NCBI GenBank assembly: GCA_963803825.1
Contig: CAWDOJ010000009.1
Location: 4,991-68,990 of the forward strand
Direction of reading: 5' to 3'
Length of the DNA: 64,000 nucleotides
From: an uncultured Verrucomicrobiae bacterium
GTDB taxonomy: Bacteria; Verrucomicrobiota; Verrucomicrobiia; Chthoniobacterales; JAATET01
Shown: in pieces, positions 1-8,396 of the stretch
Layout: every line of letters begins with the position of its first letter
Position numbering within the stretch: position 1 is the first letter of the stretch
The notes under the pieces: model-generated
Told to the model about the DNA's origin: nothing
Database searches by the model: none
Seen by the model: only the letters and a program-made list of their open reading frames with translations
Program-made: the position numbers and the translations under genes

Positions 1-543
1 GTTGCCGGATTCGCCGGGCGGGAGGTCGGGGCGGCACTTGAGAACGTTGGCGATGTAGACGCGCTCGCGGGTGAAGTTCATCGTCTGAATGATCTTCGTG
101 AGTAGCTGGCCCGCTTTGCCGACGAAGGGCTCGCCGGCGGCGTCTTCGTCTTCGCCCGGGGCCTCGCCGACGAACATGAGGTCCGCCGTGGGATTGCCGA
201 CACCGAAGACGACCTGGGTGCGGCTACCGACGAGGTGAGCGCACTCGGTGCAATGGATCGCGGCGGCACGGAGTTCGCCCAGGGTCCACTTGCGGGCGGG
301 GATGAGCGTGGGGGAGGTTGCTTCGCTGTTGTCAAAGGTCGAAGGTCGGAAGGTCGGAGACGGATCCGCTGGGGCGGATGGTTTGGGGAGTTCGGCGGAT
401 GGTGCGGCGACTCGGTTCGCGTGAGCGGCTTCCTTGAGGCGGTGCAGGGTCTGACGCGTGGTGCGGGGGGAGGGAGTCATGCCGCCACGGAGGCGCTCCA
501 GCAGCGGGAGGGCGGTGGCGACGGCGTGGTGGAAGCGGTCCAT
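1..543 (-). CDS. Uracil-DNA glycosylase, family 4 (3' end runs off the window)
   Basis: My own translation of the minus frame ending at pos 1 gives ...[11 protein letters not shown]...[41 protein letters not shown]...ANVLKCRP. This shows family 4 UDG motifs (CxxC, GEAPG, PFVG-AG). ATG at 543 lies 7 nt after the rluD stop. It is absent from the ORF track because there is no in-window stop. Confidence 0.85.
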   Translation of the reverse strand, partial: MDRFHHAVATALPLLERLRGGMTPSPRTTRQTLHRLKEAAHANRVAAPSAELPKPSAPADPSPTFRPSTFDNSEATSPTLIPARKWTLGELRAAAIHCTECAHLVGSRTQVVFGVGNPTADLMFVGEAPGEDEDAAGEPFVGKAGQLLTKIIQTMNFTRERVYIANVLKCRPDLPPGESGN

Positions 544-549
544 CTTCCG

Positions 550-1464
550 TCAATGCTGGCCGGAACCCGGGGGAGGAACGAGCGGAAAATCGGTTGGGAT
601 CGGGGCGGTGAAGCTCAGCCGCTCGCCGGTGACGGGGTGATCGAAGGTGAGGCGGTGGGCGTGGAGCAGGTGCCGGGTGAAGGGACCGCGCTTGCCGTAG
701 ACCGGGTCGCCGGCCAGGGGCAGACCGATGTGCTTGAGGTGCACGCGGATCTGGTGGGTCCGCCCGGTGTGGGGTCGGCATTCGATGAGGGAGAGGTTGT
801 CGGTCGTGAGGAGGTGACGCCACTCCGTCACCGCTGGACGGGCGGATTCGTGCTCGGAGATGGCCATACGCTGGCGGTGGACGGGGTGACGACCGATGGC
901 GGCGGTGATCTCGCCCTTCGGTCGGCGGACGACCCCGTAGACCACCGCGAGGTAGATCTTTTCGACGGATCGGTCGGCGAATTGCCCCGCGAGCGAGTTG
1001 TGGGCGTGGTCGTTCTTGGCGACGACGAGACTGCCGCTGGTCTCCTTGTCCAAGCGGTGCACGATGCCGGGGCGTTCTTCGCCGCCGATGACCGAAAGGC
1101 CACCGCAGTGATGCAGCAGGGCATTCACGAGGGTGCCGGTCGCGTTGCCCGCGCCGGGGTGCACGACGAGACCCGACGGCTTGTCGAGCACGATGAGGTC
1201 GGCGTCTTCAAAGAGGATCTTGAGCGGGATGTCCTCGGCGGCCGCACGCTCGGCCGGGACCGGGGGGGGGACCTCGAGGGTGAGGGAGTCGCCCTCGCGC
1301 AGCGGTTCGGCGGGACGGGACGGTTCGCCGTTCCGACGAGCGTGGCCGGAGCGGATGAGGGTCTGGATGCGCGAGCGCGAGAGATCGCCGTGGCGATCGG
1401 CTAGAAATTGGTCGAAGCGGGTGCCGGCGTTTTCGGCGCTGACGAGGATGGGATCGGTGGACAT
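550..1464 (-). CDS. rluD: 23S rRNA pseudouridine synthase, RluA/RluD family
   Basis: 304-aa ORF with an S4-like N-terminus (FDQFLA...SRSRIQTLIRSG) and catalytic motif HRLDKETSGSLVVAK, plus HQIRVHL. Confidence 0.9.
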   Translation of the reverse strand: MSTDPILVSAENAGTRFDQFLADRHGDLSRSRIQTLIRSGHARRNGEPSRPAEPLREGDSLTLEVPPPVPAERAAAEDIPLKILFEDADLIVLDKPSGLVVHPGAGNATGTLVNALLHHCGGLSVIGGEERPGIVHRLDKETSGSLVVAKNDHAHNSLAGQFADRSVEKIYLAVVYGVVRRPKGEITAAIGRHPVHRQRMAISEHESARPAVTEWRHLLTTDNLSLIECRPHTGRTHQIRVHLKHIGLPLAGDPVYGKRGPFTRHLLHAHRLTFDHPVTGERLSFTAPIPTDFPLVPPPGSGQH

Positions 1465-1516
1465 ACGGTGGTTTTCGGCGATTGCTCCGGGGAGGTCGGG
1501 ATGTTAACCGGTTAGC

Positions 1517-3307
1517 ATGTCGGAAGCGACTCCCCAGATCATCGAACCCTGTCCGGCGTGCGGGCAACTGGTGGACGTGACGGACGAGATGCCCTTCTCC
1601 GAGGTGTCTTGCCCCCAGTGCGGCGAAGCGATCCGGGCGCGGCGGCAATTTAATAACTTCACGCTGCTGGAGCTAGTTGGGGAAGGGGGCATGGGTTCGG
1701 TCTTCAAGGCAAAGGATCTGAATCTCCAACGCGCCGTGGCGCTCAAAATTCTTAAAAAAGAAGCGGGAGCGACCGAGTCCGACTGGAAGAAACTCGCTCA
1801 GGAAGCGAGGGTGACGGCGTCCATCAACCATCCGCACGTGGTGAAGGTCTTCTCGTTTGGCGAGGACCATGGGCAGTTTTACCTGGCTATGGAGCTGGTG
1901 GAAAAGGGTTCACTGGACGACTTGATGACGCTCCAGGGCCGCGTGTCCGAGGCTCAGGTCCTCGGCGTCGGCATCCAGATCGCCCAAGGCCTCGCGGCCG
2001 CGCTCGAGCGGGGTCTGCTGCACCGCGACGTCAAGCCGGGGAACATTCTTTTCGCCGACGCGACGACGGCGAAGATCGTCGATTTTGGTCTGGCGTTGCT
2101 GCTCATCGAGGAGGCGCAGGAACGGGGTGAGATCTGGGGGACGCCGTATTACATCGCGCCTGAGAAGCTCGACAACCGTCCCGAGGATTTCCGAAGTGAC
2201 CTCTACAGTCTGGGGGGAACTCTCTTTCACGCGTTGGCGGGGCGACCGCCCTTCGAGGCGTCGACAGCCTCCATGGTCGCGCTCAAGCACATCAAGAGCC
2301 AAGCGGTCAGCTTGCAGGCCTTCGCACCGGACGTCTCGAGCGAGACCGCCTACGTGATCAACCGGATGCTGCAGAAGGACCCGGACGACCGCTACGCATC
2401 GTACGAGGAACTCATCGGCCACCTGACCTACGCCCGGGACACGTTGATCGAGAAGTCCAAGCAACCAAGCCGAAAGACCGAGCGAATCCAAGTCGAAACG
2501 AAGCGGACGCGGACGGTGATGGGACTCATTTGGATGACGACGCTGCTGGTCGTGCTCGCGAGCGGCGTCGCGCTATATCTATTCAGAGATTCGGTGTTTC
2601 CGACCGACGGTTCCGACGCGGCGGTCACGGAATTATTCTCGGTCGATGGCTTCAACGCCTCCATCGCGGCGGGTCGACAGGAGCTGATCACCGGGCGATA
2701 CGCGCAGGCTCGGCAGACCTACGCGCTCGCCGTCGATCAAAGCCAGGGGCGGCAGCCGAGCCGCAACTGGGCGCGGGCGCTCGAGGGATTGTCGGCCCTG
2801 TTGGCGGGAGAGATGCGGACGGCCGACGAGGTCTTTTACGCTCTCGAGATGGACGGGCTGTTCAGCGACCAAGCGGCGGACCAGAAATTAGCCAATTTCT
2901 TCGTCGAACTCGGACGCTTGATGAGTCGGAAGGGTGCGATCTCGCCAGCCACGGCGAAGAGGTATGCCGGGGATACTTTCGAGGCCTTCGCACTGCTCGC
3001 TTACGGGCTGAAAAACTGGGAGACCGGCTACGTGCGGGACGCTGCGCCATTTCTGAAGGCGTATTCGCGGGCGACACCCGGAGTGCCGAACGATTGGATC
3101 ATGGCCCTGGCACCGGTCGCAGCGCCCTACCTCGTGGACATCCGCGCCTACGAGAAGCTGCGCGCGGAAGCCGCTCGCGTCGAGCCGGGGGGGCGCGAGG
3201 CTCTGTTGCGCGAGATCCAGAAGGCCAGGGGCGCGACGACGACCGGAAGTCGGATCAAAGCGCTGTTCGACGAGCTGGCGGCCGAAGTCGAGAACGACGG
3301 AAATTGA
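1517..3307 (+). CDS. Hanks-type Ser/Thr protein kinase with N-terminal zinc ribbon, one TM helix and a helical C-terminal domain
   Basis: CPACG...CPQCG ribbon. Kinase motifs GEGGMGSV, VALKILKK, HRDVKPGNILF, DFGLA, GTPYYIAPE. TM segment VMGLIWMTTLLVVLASGVALYLF. Confidence 0.9.
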   Translation: MSEATPQIIEPCPACGQLVDVTDEMPFSEVSCPQCGEAIRARRQFNNFTLLELVGEGGMGSVFKAKDLNLQRAVALKILKKEAGATESDWKKLAQEARVTASINHPHVVKVFSFGEDHGQFYLAMELVEKGSLDDLMTLQGRVSEAQVLGVGIQIAQGLAAALERGLLHRDVKPGNILFADATTAKIVDFGLALLLIEEAQERGEIWGTPYYIAPEKLDNRPEDFRSDLYSLGGTLFHALAGRPPFEASTASMVALKHIKSQAVSLQAFAPDVSSETAYVINRMLQKDPDDRYASYEELIGHLTYARDTLIEKSKQPSRKTERIQVETKRTRTVMGLIWMTTLLVVLASGVALYLFRDSVFPTDGSDAAVTELFSVDGFNASIAAGRQELITGRYAQARQTYALAVDQSQGRQPSRNWARALEGLSALLAGEMRTADEVFYALEMDGLFSDQAADQKLANFFVELGRLMSRKGAISPATAKRYAGDTFEAFALLAYGLKNWETGYVRDAAPFLKAYSRATPGVPNDWIMALAPVAAPYLVDIRAYEKLRAEAARVEPGGREALLREIQKARGATTTGSRIKALFDELAAEVENDGN

Positions 3308-3358
3308 CGCGGTTGACTCCCTCGTGGACAGCGGGAGTTTGTCACCTACCTTTGCCGC

Positions 3359-4963
3359 ATGAGCCAGGACCCGACCCATCTCACACCCGAACAGATTCAA
3401 CAGAAGCTCACGGAGTTTCTTCGTTCGGGCTTCGAGCAGAAGGATTCCCCGACGACCGAGTCGACCGCACCGACGGGTGAAGCCGAAGACGACGGGGGTC
3501 ACGAGCGCCTCGACCTGTTCGACTTCGACTACACGCCACGCGACATCAAGCGCCACCTCGACCGCTACGTCATTCGCCAGGACGAGGCCAAGAAAGTCCT
3601 CAGCATCGCGGTCTGCGATCACTACAATCACGCGCGTTACGCGGAAAAGCTGCTGGCCGAGGATGCGAACGCGTCCATCGAATACGCCAAGCAGAACGTC
3701 ATCCTCGTCGGTCCGACGGGGGTGGGGAAGACCTACCTCGTGAAGCACATCGCCGAATTGATCGGCGTGCCGTTCGTCAAGGCGGACGCGACGAAGTTCA
3801 GCGAGACCGGCTACGTCGGCGGCGACGTCGAAGATCTCGTCCGCGAGTTAGTCGCCAAAGCCGACGGCGACCTGTCGCTGGCCGAACACGGCATCATCTA
3901 CATCGACGAGATTGATAAAATCGCGGCGTCCGGCGGCGCGGGCGGGCGCGACGTGAGCGGGCGAGGCGTCCAGACGACGCTTCTCAAGCTCATGGAAGAG
4001 ACCGAGGTCGCGTCCCGCAACCCGATGGACATCCAAGGTCAGCTGCAGGCCGCATTCGACATGCAGCGCGGCAAAAGCGGCAAGAAGTCCAAGAGTGAAT
4101 CGATCAACACCCGCCACATCCTCTTCATCGTCAGCGGGGCGTTCGACAAGTTGTCCGAGCGGGTGGGGGAGCGCCTGAAGCAATCGCGCGTTGGCTTTGG
4201 CGCCGACCCGACGTCGCTCATCGACGGTGAGAGCCTGCTCGCCGAGGCGACGACCCAGGACTTCGTCGCCTACGGGATGGAGCCGGAATTTATTGGACGT
4301 CTGCCGGTCCGGGTCGTGTGCGATTCGCTCACGGCGGAGGACTTGTTTCAGATCATGCGTCGTTCCGAAGGCAGCATCATCCGGCAATATGAGCGGGCAT
4401 TTCAAGCCTACGGGATCGAGGTGCTGTTCGAGGACGAAGCGCTCCGCCAGATCGCGGGCCGGGCGGAGTTGGAGCGGACCGGTGCGCGCGGGCTGCTCAC
4501 CGTGTGCGAGCGGCTGATGCGAGACTTCAAATACGAGCTGCCGGACTCCGGGGTTACGTCCTTCAACGTGACGGGGCCGCTCGTCGACGATCCTGAACGC
4601 GCGCTCGCGACGCTTCTCGAGACTGGCCACGCCGAGAAGGAACGCTCGCTTGCCACCATCGTCGACCAATTTGCCGAGCGCTTTCAGGATCAATTCAATC
4701 TCGCGATTCGCTTCGAATCTGCCGCCACCGAAGCTCTCGTGGCCCGAGCGGTCCGGGAGAATGCCGGGATCCGCGACCTGTGCGAGACGCTCTTCAAAGA
4801 TTATCAATTTGGCCTCCAGCTCATCCGAAAGAACAGTGGGCGCTCGGAGTTCGAGATTCCGCTGCGGGCCGTCGACAATCCGGACGGCGTTCTCAGCGAA
4901 TGGGTCGTGGAATCCTATCGCAATGTCCGCCCGAGTGAGGCAGCATCGTGCGCTCCCGAATGA
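3359..4963 (+). CDS. ClpX-family AAA+ ATPase paralogue lacking the N-terminal zinc-binding domain
   Basis: Collinear with ClpX: YVIRQDEAKKVLSIAV, Walker A GPTGVGKT, pore loop GYVGGDVE, Walker B IIYIDEIDK, VGFG (IGF-like loop), EFIGRLP, sensor TGARGL. There is no Cys4 N-domain. About 110 extra C-terminal residues. Confidence 0.8.
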   Translation: MSQDPTHLTPEQIQQKLTEFLRSGFEQKDSPTTESTAPTGEAEDDGGHERLDLFDFDYTPRDIKRHLDRYVIRQDEAKKVLSIAVCDHYNHARYAEKLLAEDANASIEYAKQNVILVGPTGVGKTYLVKHIAELIGVPFVKADATKFSETGYVGGDVEDLVRELVAKADGDLSLAEHGIIYIDEIDKIAASGGAGGRDVSGRGVQTTLLKLMEETEVASRNPMDIQGQLQAAFDMQRGKSGKKSKSESINTRHILFIVSGAFDKLSERVGERLKQSRVGFGADPTSLIDGESLLAEATTQDFVAYGMEPEFIGRLPVRVVCDSLTAEDLFQIMRRSEGSIIRQYERAFQAYGIEVLFEDEALRQIAGRAELERTGARGLLTVCERLMRDFKYELPDSGVTSFNVTGPLVDDPERALATLLETGHAEKERSLATIVDQFAERFQDQFNLAIRFESAATEALVARAVRENAGIRDLCETLFKDYQFGLQLIRKNSGRSEFEIPLRAVDNPDGVLSEWVVESYRNVRPSEAASCAPE

Positions 4964-6231
4964 GACTCCTCAAAGCCACGATCATCATCGGCGTCGTCGC
5001 GACGTGCGCCTTTCTTCTCCTCGACGCTTCCGGATGGCTCCGCACGTTGCAGGTCGCGACGGCGGATCTGCTCACGCGGTTTGCGCCCGACGGGAGCCTC
5101 GCCCTGGTGAATCAAGGGTGGTCATACGGTCTGGCGACGCTGTTGGCGTTTGCGCTTGCGTGGACGACCGTCGACATCACGCGGCCCGTGGGAAAGACCT
5201 TCGTCGCGGGTGCCACGGTGTTTCTTCTGTTGTCGGGGACCGTCGTTTTTGCCCTCTTCGGAACGTTCGTTTCGCCTTACCAAGCGGTGGTCGCGGTCGT
5301 TGTCAGCTTTGCGATCGCAGCTTTCTACGGCGGCAGTGAATCTGGATCGCGGAAAAAAATCCTCCAGCGTCTCTTTGGACACCGCCTCTCCGCGAAGGAG
5401 TTCCACCGCCTCGTCGACTCCGACCTTCCCTTGGCGTTCGCCGGGACGGATCAAGACGCCAGCGTGGTCGTCTGCGAAGTGCACAATCACGTGGAGCTCA
5501 CGGAATCGCTGGAACCCACCGAATACGCCGAACTCACAAATCTCTACCTCCGGACCGCCTCCGACTACCTCGTCGACGTCGGTGGCTACCTCGACGAGTG
5601 CAACGGCGAGAGCCTCCGCGTAGTCTTCGGCGCACCGCTACCTCGGGAAGACCACGCGTCTGCAGCCTGCAAAGCGGCGCTCGAGCTAGCGAGCCGCATC
5701 GATACCCTCAATCGCGAGTGCGACACCCGCTGGCACCAACGCCTCGATTTCCGGGTTGGGATTAATTCTGGGTCGATGATCGTGGGAGCCTACGGCGGCC
5801 GGCGGCTCGGAGCATTTAGCGTGGCGGGACCGGTAGTGGAGTTTGCGCGTCGCCTGTGCGCGGCCTGCGCAAATTACGGCTGCCGCATTCTCATCGGTCC
5901 AGAGACCTTAGGAGAAGCTCGCGAAGGTTTCGAGGCTCGGCCCATCGACATGCTCCGGCGAGAGAGCAACGAGAGGATCGAGCTCTACGAACTGCTCACG
6001 ACCAAAGGCGCGCTGTCGCCCGAAGGCGTCAAAAACCGGGACCATTTCTGGCGCGGGGCAATCTACTACCGGGAGCAGAATTGGGCGGCCGCCTTGGCCG
6101 AATTCGAGAAAGCGAGGATCCGCGGGATCCCCGACGCCGCGTTGGACAATTTCATCCTGCGAGCTGAGCGCGCTCGACGTGGCGAGCCAGTTCGCTCGGC
6201 GTCCGCGCAGTCGCTCGTCGAGATCGCGTGA
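4960..6231 (+). CDS. Membrane protein with class III adenylate/guanylate cyclase homology domain (catalytic residues substituted) and a TPR-like tail
   Basis: About 4 N-terminal TM helices, then a CHD alignable to class III cyclases (ESLRVVFGAP, RVGINSGSMIVGAYG, AGPVVEFARRL). ATG 4960 overlaps the upstream TGA (ATGA). The ORF track offers an alternative start at 4948. Confidence 0.75.
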   Translation: MRLLKATIIIGVVATCAFLLLDASGWLRTLQVATADLLTRFAPDGSLALVNQGWSYGLATLLAFALAWTTVDITRPVGKTFVAGATVFLLLSGTVVFALFGTFVSPYQAVVAVVVSFAIAAFYGGSESGSRKKILQRLFGHRLSAKEFHRLVDSDLPLAFAGTDQDASVVVCEVHNHVELTESLEPTEYAELTNLYLRTASDYLVDVGGYLDECNGESLRVVFGAPLPREDHASAACKAALELASRIDTLNRECDTRWHQRLDFRVGINSGSMIVGAYGGRRLGAFSVAGPVVEFARRLCAACANYGCRILIGPETLGEAREGFEARPIDMLRRESNERIELYELLTTKGALSPEGVKNRDHFWRGAIYYREQNWAAALAEFEKARIRGIPDAALDNFILRAERARRGEPVRSASAQSLVEIA

Positions 6232-6238
6232 CGCCCGG

Positions 6239-6871
6239 GTGAAAACCATTGACTACCCGGAGCCGTTCCGAGAGCTCACCCGACAACTCCGCCGGATGCC
6301 TTCCATCGGCCCCCGTAGTGCCGAGCGGATTGCGCTTTGGCTCACGAGCAGCCCGGACGCTCGCCCGGATGATCTCGCAGCGGCCCTGACCCGGGCCGCA
6401 GGCGCGATCCGATCGTGCGACCGCTGCGGCTTCTTCGCGGTCGAGACGCTGTGTGCCATCTGCGCCGACGCTGACCGAACGGGCCGGGAGATCTGCGTAG
6501 TCGAGACGGCCACGGATATTCTTCCCATCGAGCGAACGGCGTCTTACCGTGGGAGCTACCACGCGCTGGGCGGACGGCTCGCGCCGCTGGATAACGTCGG
6601 ACCCGACGACCTTCGCATCGCTTCCTTAACGGAGCGGATCCGGACCGAACATCCCACGGAAATCATCTTGGCTGTAAGTTCCGACGTCGAAGGGGAAGCC
6701 ACCGCAAACTACATCGCCGACGAACTGAAGACCGCCGGTATCCCCTTGACTCGGATCGCGCAGGGACTCCCGGCGGGTGGGGGCTCGAGCACGCGGACCA
6801 ACTTACCCTCCAACGCGCGATGGCCGGACGCCGGGGCCTCTGACGTTTTCGGACCCGCAAATTCCCACTGA
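6239..6871 (+). CDS. recR: Recombination protein RecR (C-terminal 20 codons out of frame as sequenced; canonical end at 6843)
   Basis: LRRMPSIGPRSAERIALWL (HhH), C4 finger CDRCGFF...CAICAD, Toprim EICVVE...DVEGEATANYI. After QGLPAGG the canonical tail GLEHADQLTLQRAMAGRRGL-stop is in the -1 frame. GTG start 7 nt after the cyclase stop. Confidence 0.85.
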   Translation: MKTIDYPEPFRELTRQLRRMPSIGPRSAERIALWLTSSPDARPDDLAAALTRAAGAIRSCDRCGFFAVETLCAICADADRTGREICVVETATDILPIERTASYRGSYHALGGRLAPLDNVGPDDLRIASLTERIRTEHPTEIILAVSSDVEGEATANYIADELKTAGIPLTRIAQGLPAGGGSSTRTNLPSNARWPDAGASDVFGPANSH

Positions 6872-6878
6872 GCTCGCA

Positions 6879-7409
6879 ATGTCCGACTACGATTCGTCCG
6901 CCCGCCCGCCCTTTCGGTTCACGCCGCAGGTTGGGATCATCGTTGCCGTTGTTCTCCTGGCCCTGGTCATCCCGGTCGTCGCCATCAGTTACTATTTCCG
7001 CGAAGATCCTCAAAAGCCGAATCGACCTATCTCGACCGCGCCGCTCCAGACTTCGCTGGAATCAATCGCCGACCAAACGTTCGGAGAGAACTTCAACCAG
7101 ATCGATTCTGAGCGAGTGATTGTTTTGGCAGCCAGCCGAGCCGATGAGATGGAGTCGCGGGCAGAAGCTTTCCTCGAAGTTGTCGAACGAGCCGGTGCCA
7201 CCGTTGTCGATATCTCGTCCAAGGGCGAAAACCCCACCCGCCGCTGGTCGGTCATGGTGCCTAGCGAGCACGCTGAACCGTTCCGACGCGCGTTGGCGGG
7301 AGATGAGGTCGACTTCAGCTCGAAGGCCGGTTCGCCGGGAGAGGGGACCGAGGTTCTTTCCATCGAGCTTCGCCTGGACGAGACTCAGGGAGCGCGCGTC
7401 GATCCGTGA
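6879..7409 (+). CDS. Hypothetical membrane-anchored protein
   Basis: In-frame ATG 6879 inside ORF 6777..7409. N-terminal TM GIIVAVVLLALVIPVVAISYYF followed by a soluble domain. No family recognised. Confidence 0.5.
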   Translation: MSDYDSSARPPFRFTPQVGIIVAVVLLALVIPVVAISYYFREDPQKPNRPISTAPLQTSLESIADQTFGENFNQIDSERVIVLAASRADEMESRAEAFLEVVERAGATVVDISSKGENPTRRWSVMVPSEHAEPFRRALAGDEVDFSSKAGSPGEGTEVLSIELRLDETQGARVDP

Positions 7410-8047
7410 TTTTAATCACCTTCGCCGTTCCGTTTGAAAGCGCGGTCTTTCGGTCTCGGCACCCGAGCGGCAAAGCCGGAGTCACTTGCCTTCACACTGG
7501 CGTCGGATCTGCTGCTGCTCGGCAAGCGCTCGAACGGGCTCTCGAAGCTAAGGCCTATTCTAAGGTCGTCATTTCGGGATTTGCCGGTGGATTGCTCGAC
7601 GATCTTAGGGTTGGCGATCTGATCACTAACGACTGCGATGAAGCCGCAGAAGAGAGCTGCGGTCTGGCGAAGGTGCGATCCGTCCGATTGGCCGAGAGCG
7701 CCCAGGTATTAGTCGATCCCAGCGAAAAACGGGAGTTCGCAAGACGTAGGCAGGCAGAAGCCGTCGACATGGAGACTTCGACCCTGCGGCAAGTTTGTCG
7801 CGAACACGCGGTTCCGGCGGTGACACTACGGGTCATTAGCGACGACGTGCGTTCGAGCCTAGTCGTGCCTGCCGAGATTCTCTCGGGCGCGGCCCGCCAA
7901 CCGGTCGCGGGAACTTTGCGCTTGTTAGGCTACTTGGCCCTCCGGCCAGCTCGGTGGGGGCCATTCCGAAAGATGGTGCGAGATTGCGCCACAGCCCGAG
8001 CGAGTCTAGCGACCGGATTGCTCGAACGGATCTCTGGACTTCGCTGA
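7406..8047 (+). CDS. Nucleoside phosphorylase superfamily protein (MTA/SAH nucleosidase-, futalosine hydrolase- or HpnG-like)
   Basis: 213 aa. Pattern ILITFAVPFE...HTGVGSAAA...ISGFAGGL...AVDMETSTL...LRVISD is typical of the PNP_UDP_1 fold. Start overlaps the upstream stop (GTGA). Confidence 0.6.
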   Translation: MILITFAVPFESAVFRSRHPSGKAGVTCLHTGVGSAAARQALERALEAKAYSKVVISGFAGGLLDDLRVGDLITNDCDEAAEESCGLAKVRSVRLAESAQVLVDPSEKREFARRRQAEAVDMETSTLRQVCREHAVPAVTLRVISDDVRSSLVVPAEILSGAARQPVAGTLRLLGYLALRPARWGPFRKMVRDCATARASLATGLLERISGLR

Positions 8048-8068
8048 CGAAACTCTCTTCCTGACTGC

Positions 8069-8096
8069 CTGACTTCGATTATACATGACATATATT
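8069..8096 (+). promoter_or_regulatory. Candidate sigma70-like promoter in AT-rich island
   Basis: CTGACT (8069-8074), 16-nt spacer, TATATT (8091-8096). No annotated gene lies downstream on this strand. By eye only. Confidence 0.2.
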
Positions 8097-8233
8097 GTAT
8101 GAGGTTATGGGTTACACCGACGGTGATAGGGATTTACGGGAATGTGAATAACAAAGTGAATTGCTCGAACGCTCGCAGATCATCTGCCAGTGAACTGGAC
8201 TTGTCCCCATTGGCGCTGTAGCGACACTTCCCA

Positions 8234-8366
8234 GATTCGGCCCGAGGCGCCTGGGAGAATCCGTGAGCGTCGGACGGACCAATTGTGATCGCTCGTCATC
8301 GACAGGAGGCCCCGCTGGACCCCACCGCGAGAAGTTCTGGCGGACTCGACGAGGTTGGGCCGAATC
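8234..8366. other. Candidate structured element (ncRNA, 3'UTR structure or palindromic element)
   Basis: gattcggccc (8234-8243) is the exact reverse complement of gggccgaatc (8357-8366). It is extendable by A-U and G-U pairs. The 113-nt GC-rich interior has further complementary blocks (gagcg/cgctc, ctcgtc/gacgag). It lies between convergent genes. Confidence 0.3.
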
Positions 8367-8396
8367 GCGCGGGCCGGATCCCGCCGGGCGGACTCG

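Noticed and set aside
4960-6231. Cyclase as part of a CBASS/Pycsar-like anti-phage signalling system.
   Set aside because: It is a class III CHD with N-terminal TMs and a TPR-like tail, and its catalytic residues are degenerate. There is no effector (TIR, patatin, TM-pore, endonuclease) or CD-NTase gene nearby, and the neighbours are core genes.
8245-8330. Weak resemblance to a cobalamin riboswitch core (GGGAGAAUCCGUGAGCG...CCAAUUGUGA...GACAGGAGGCCCCGC).
   Set aside because: The B12-box match is off by several positions. No plus-strand gene lies downstream for it to regulate, because the next gene is convergent. It is retained only as an unclassified structured element.
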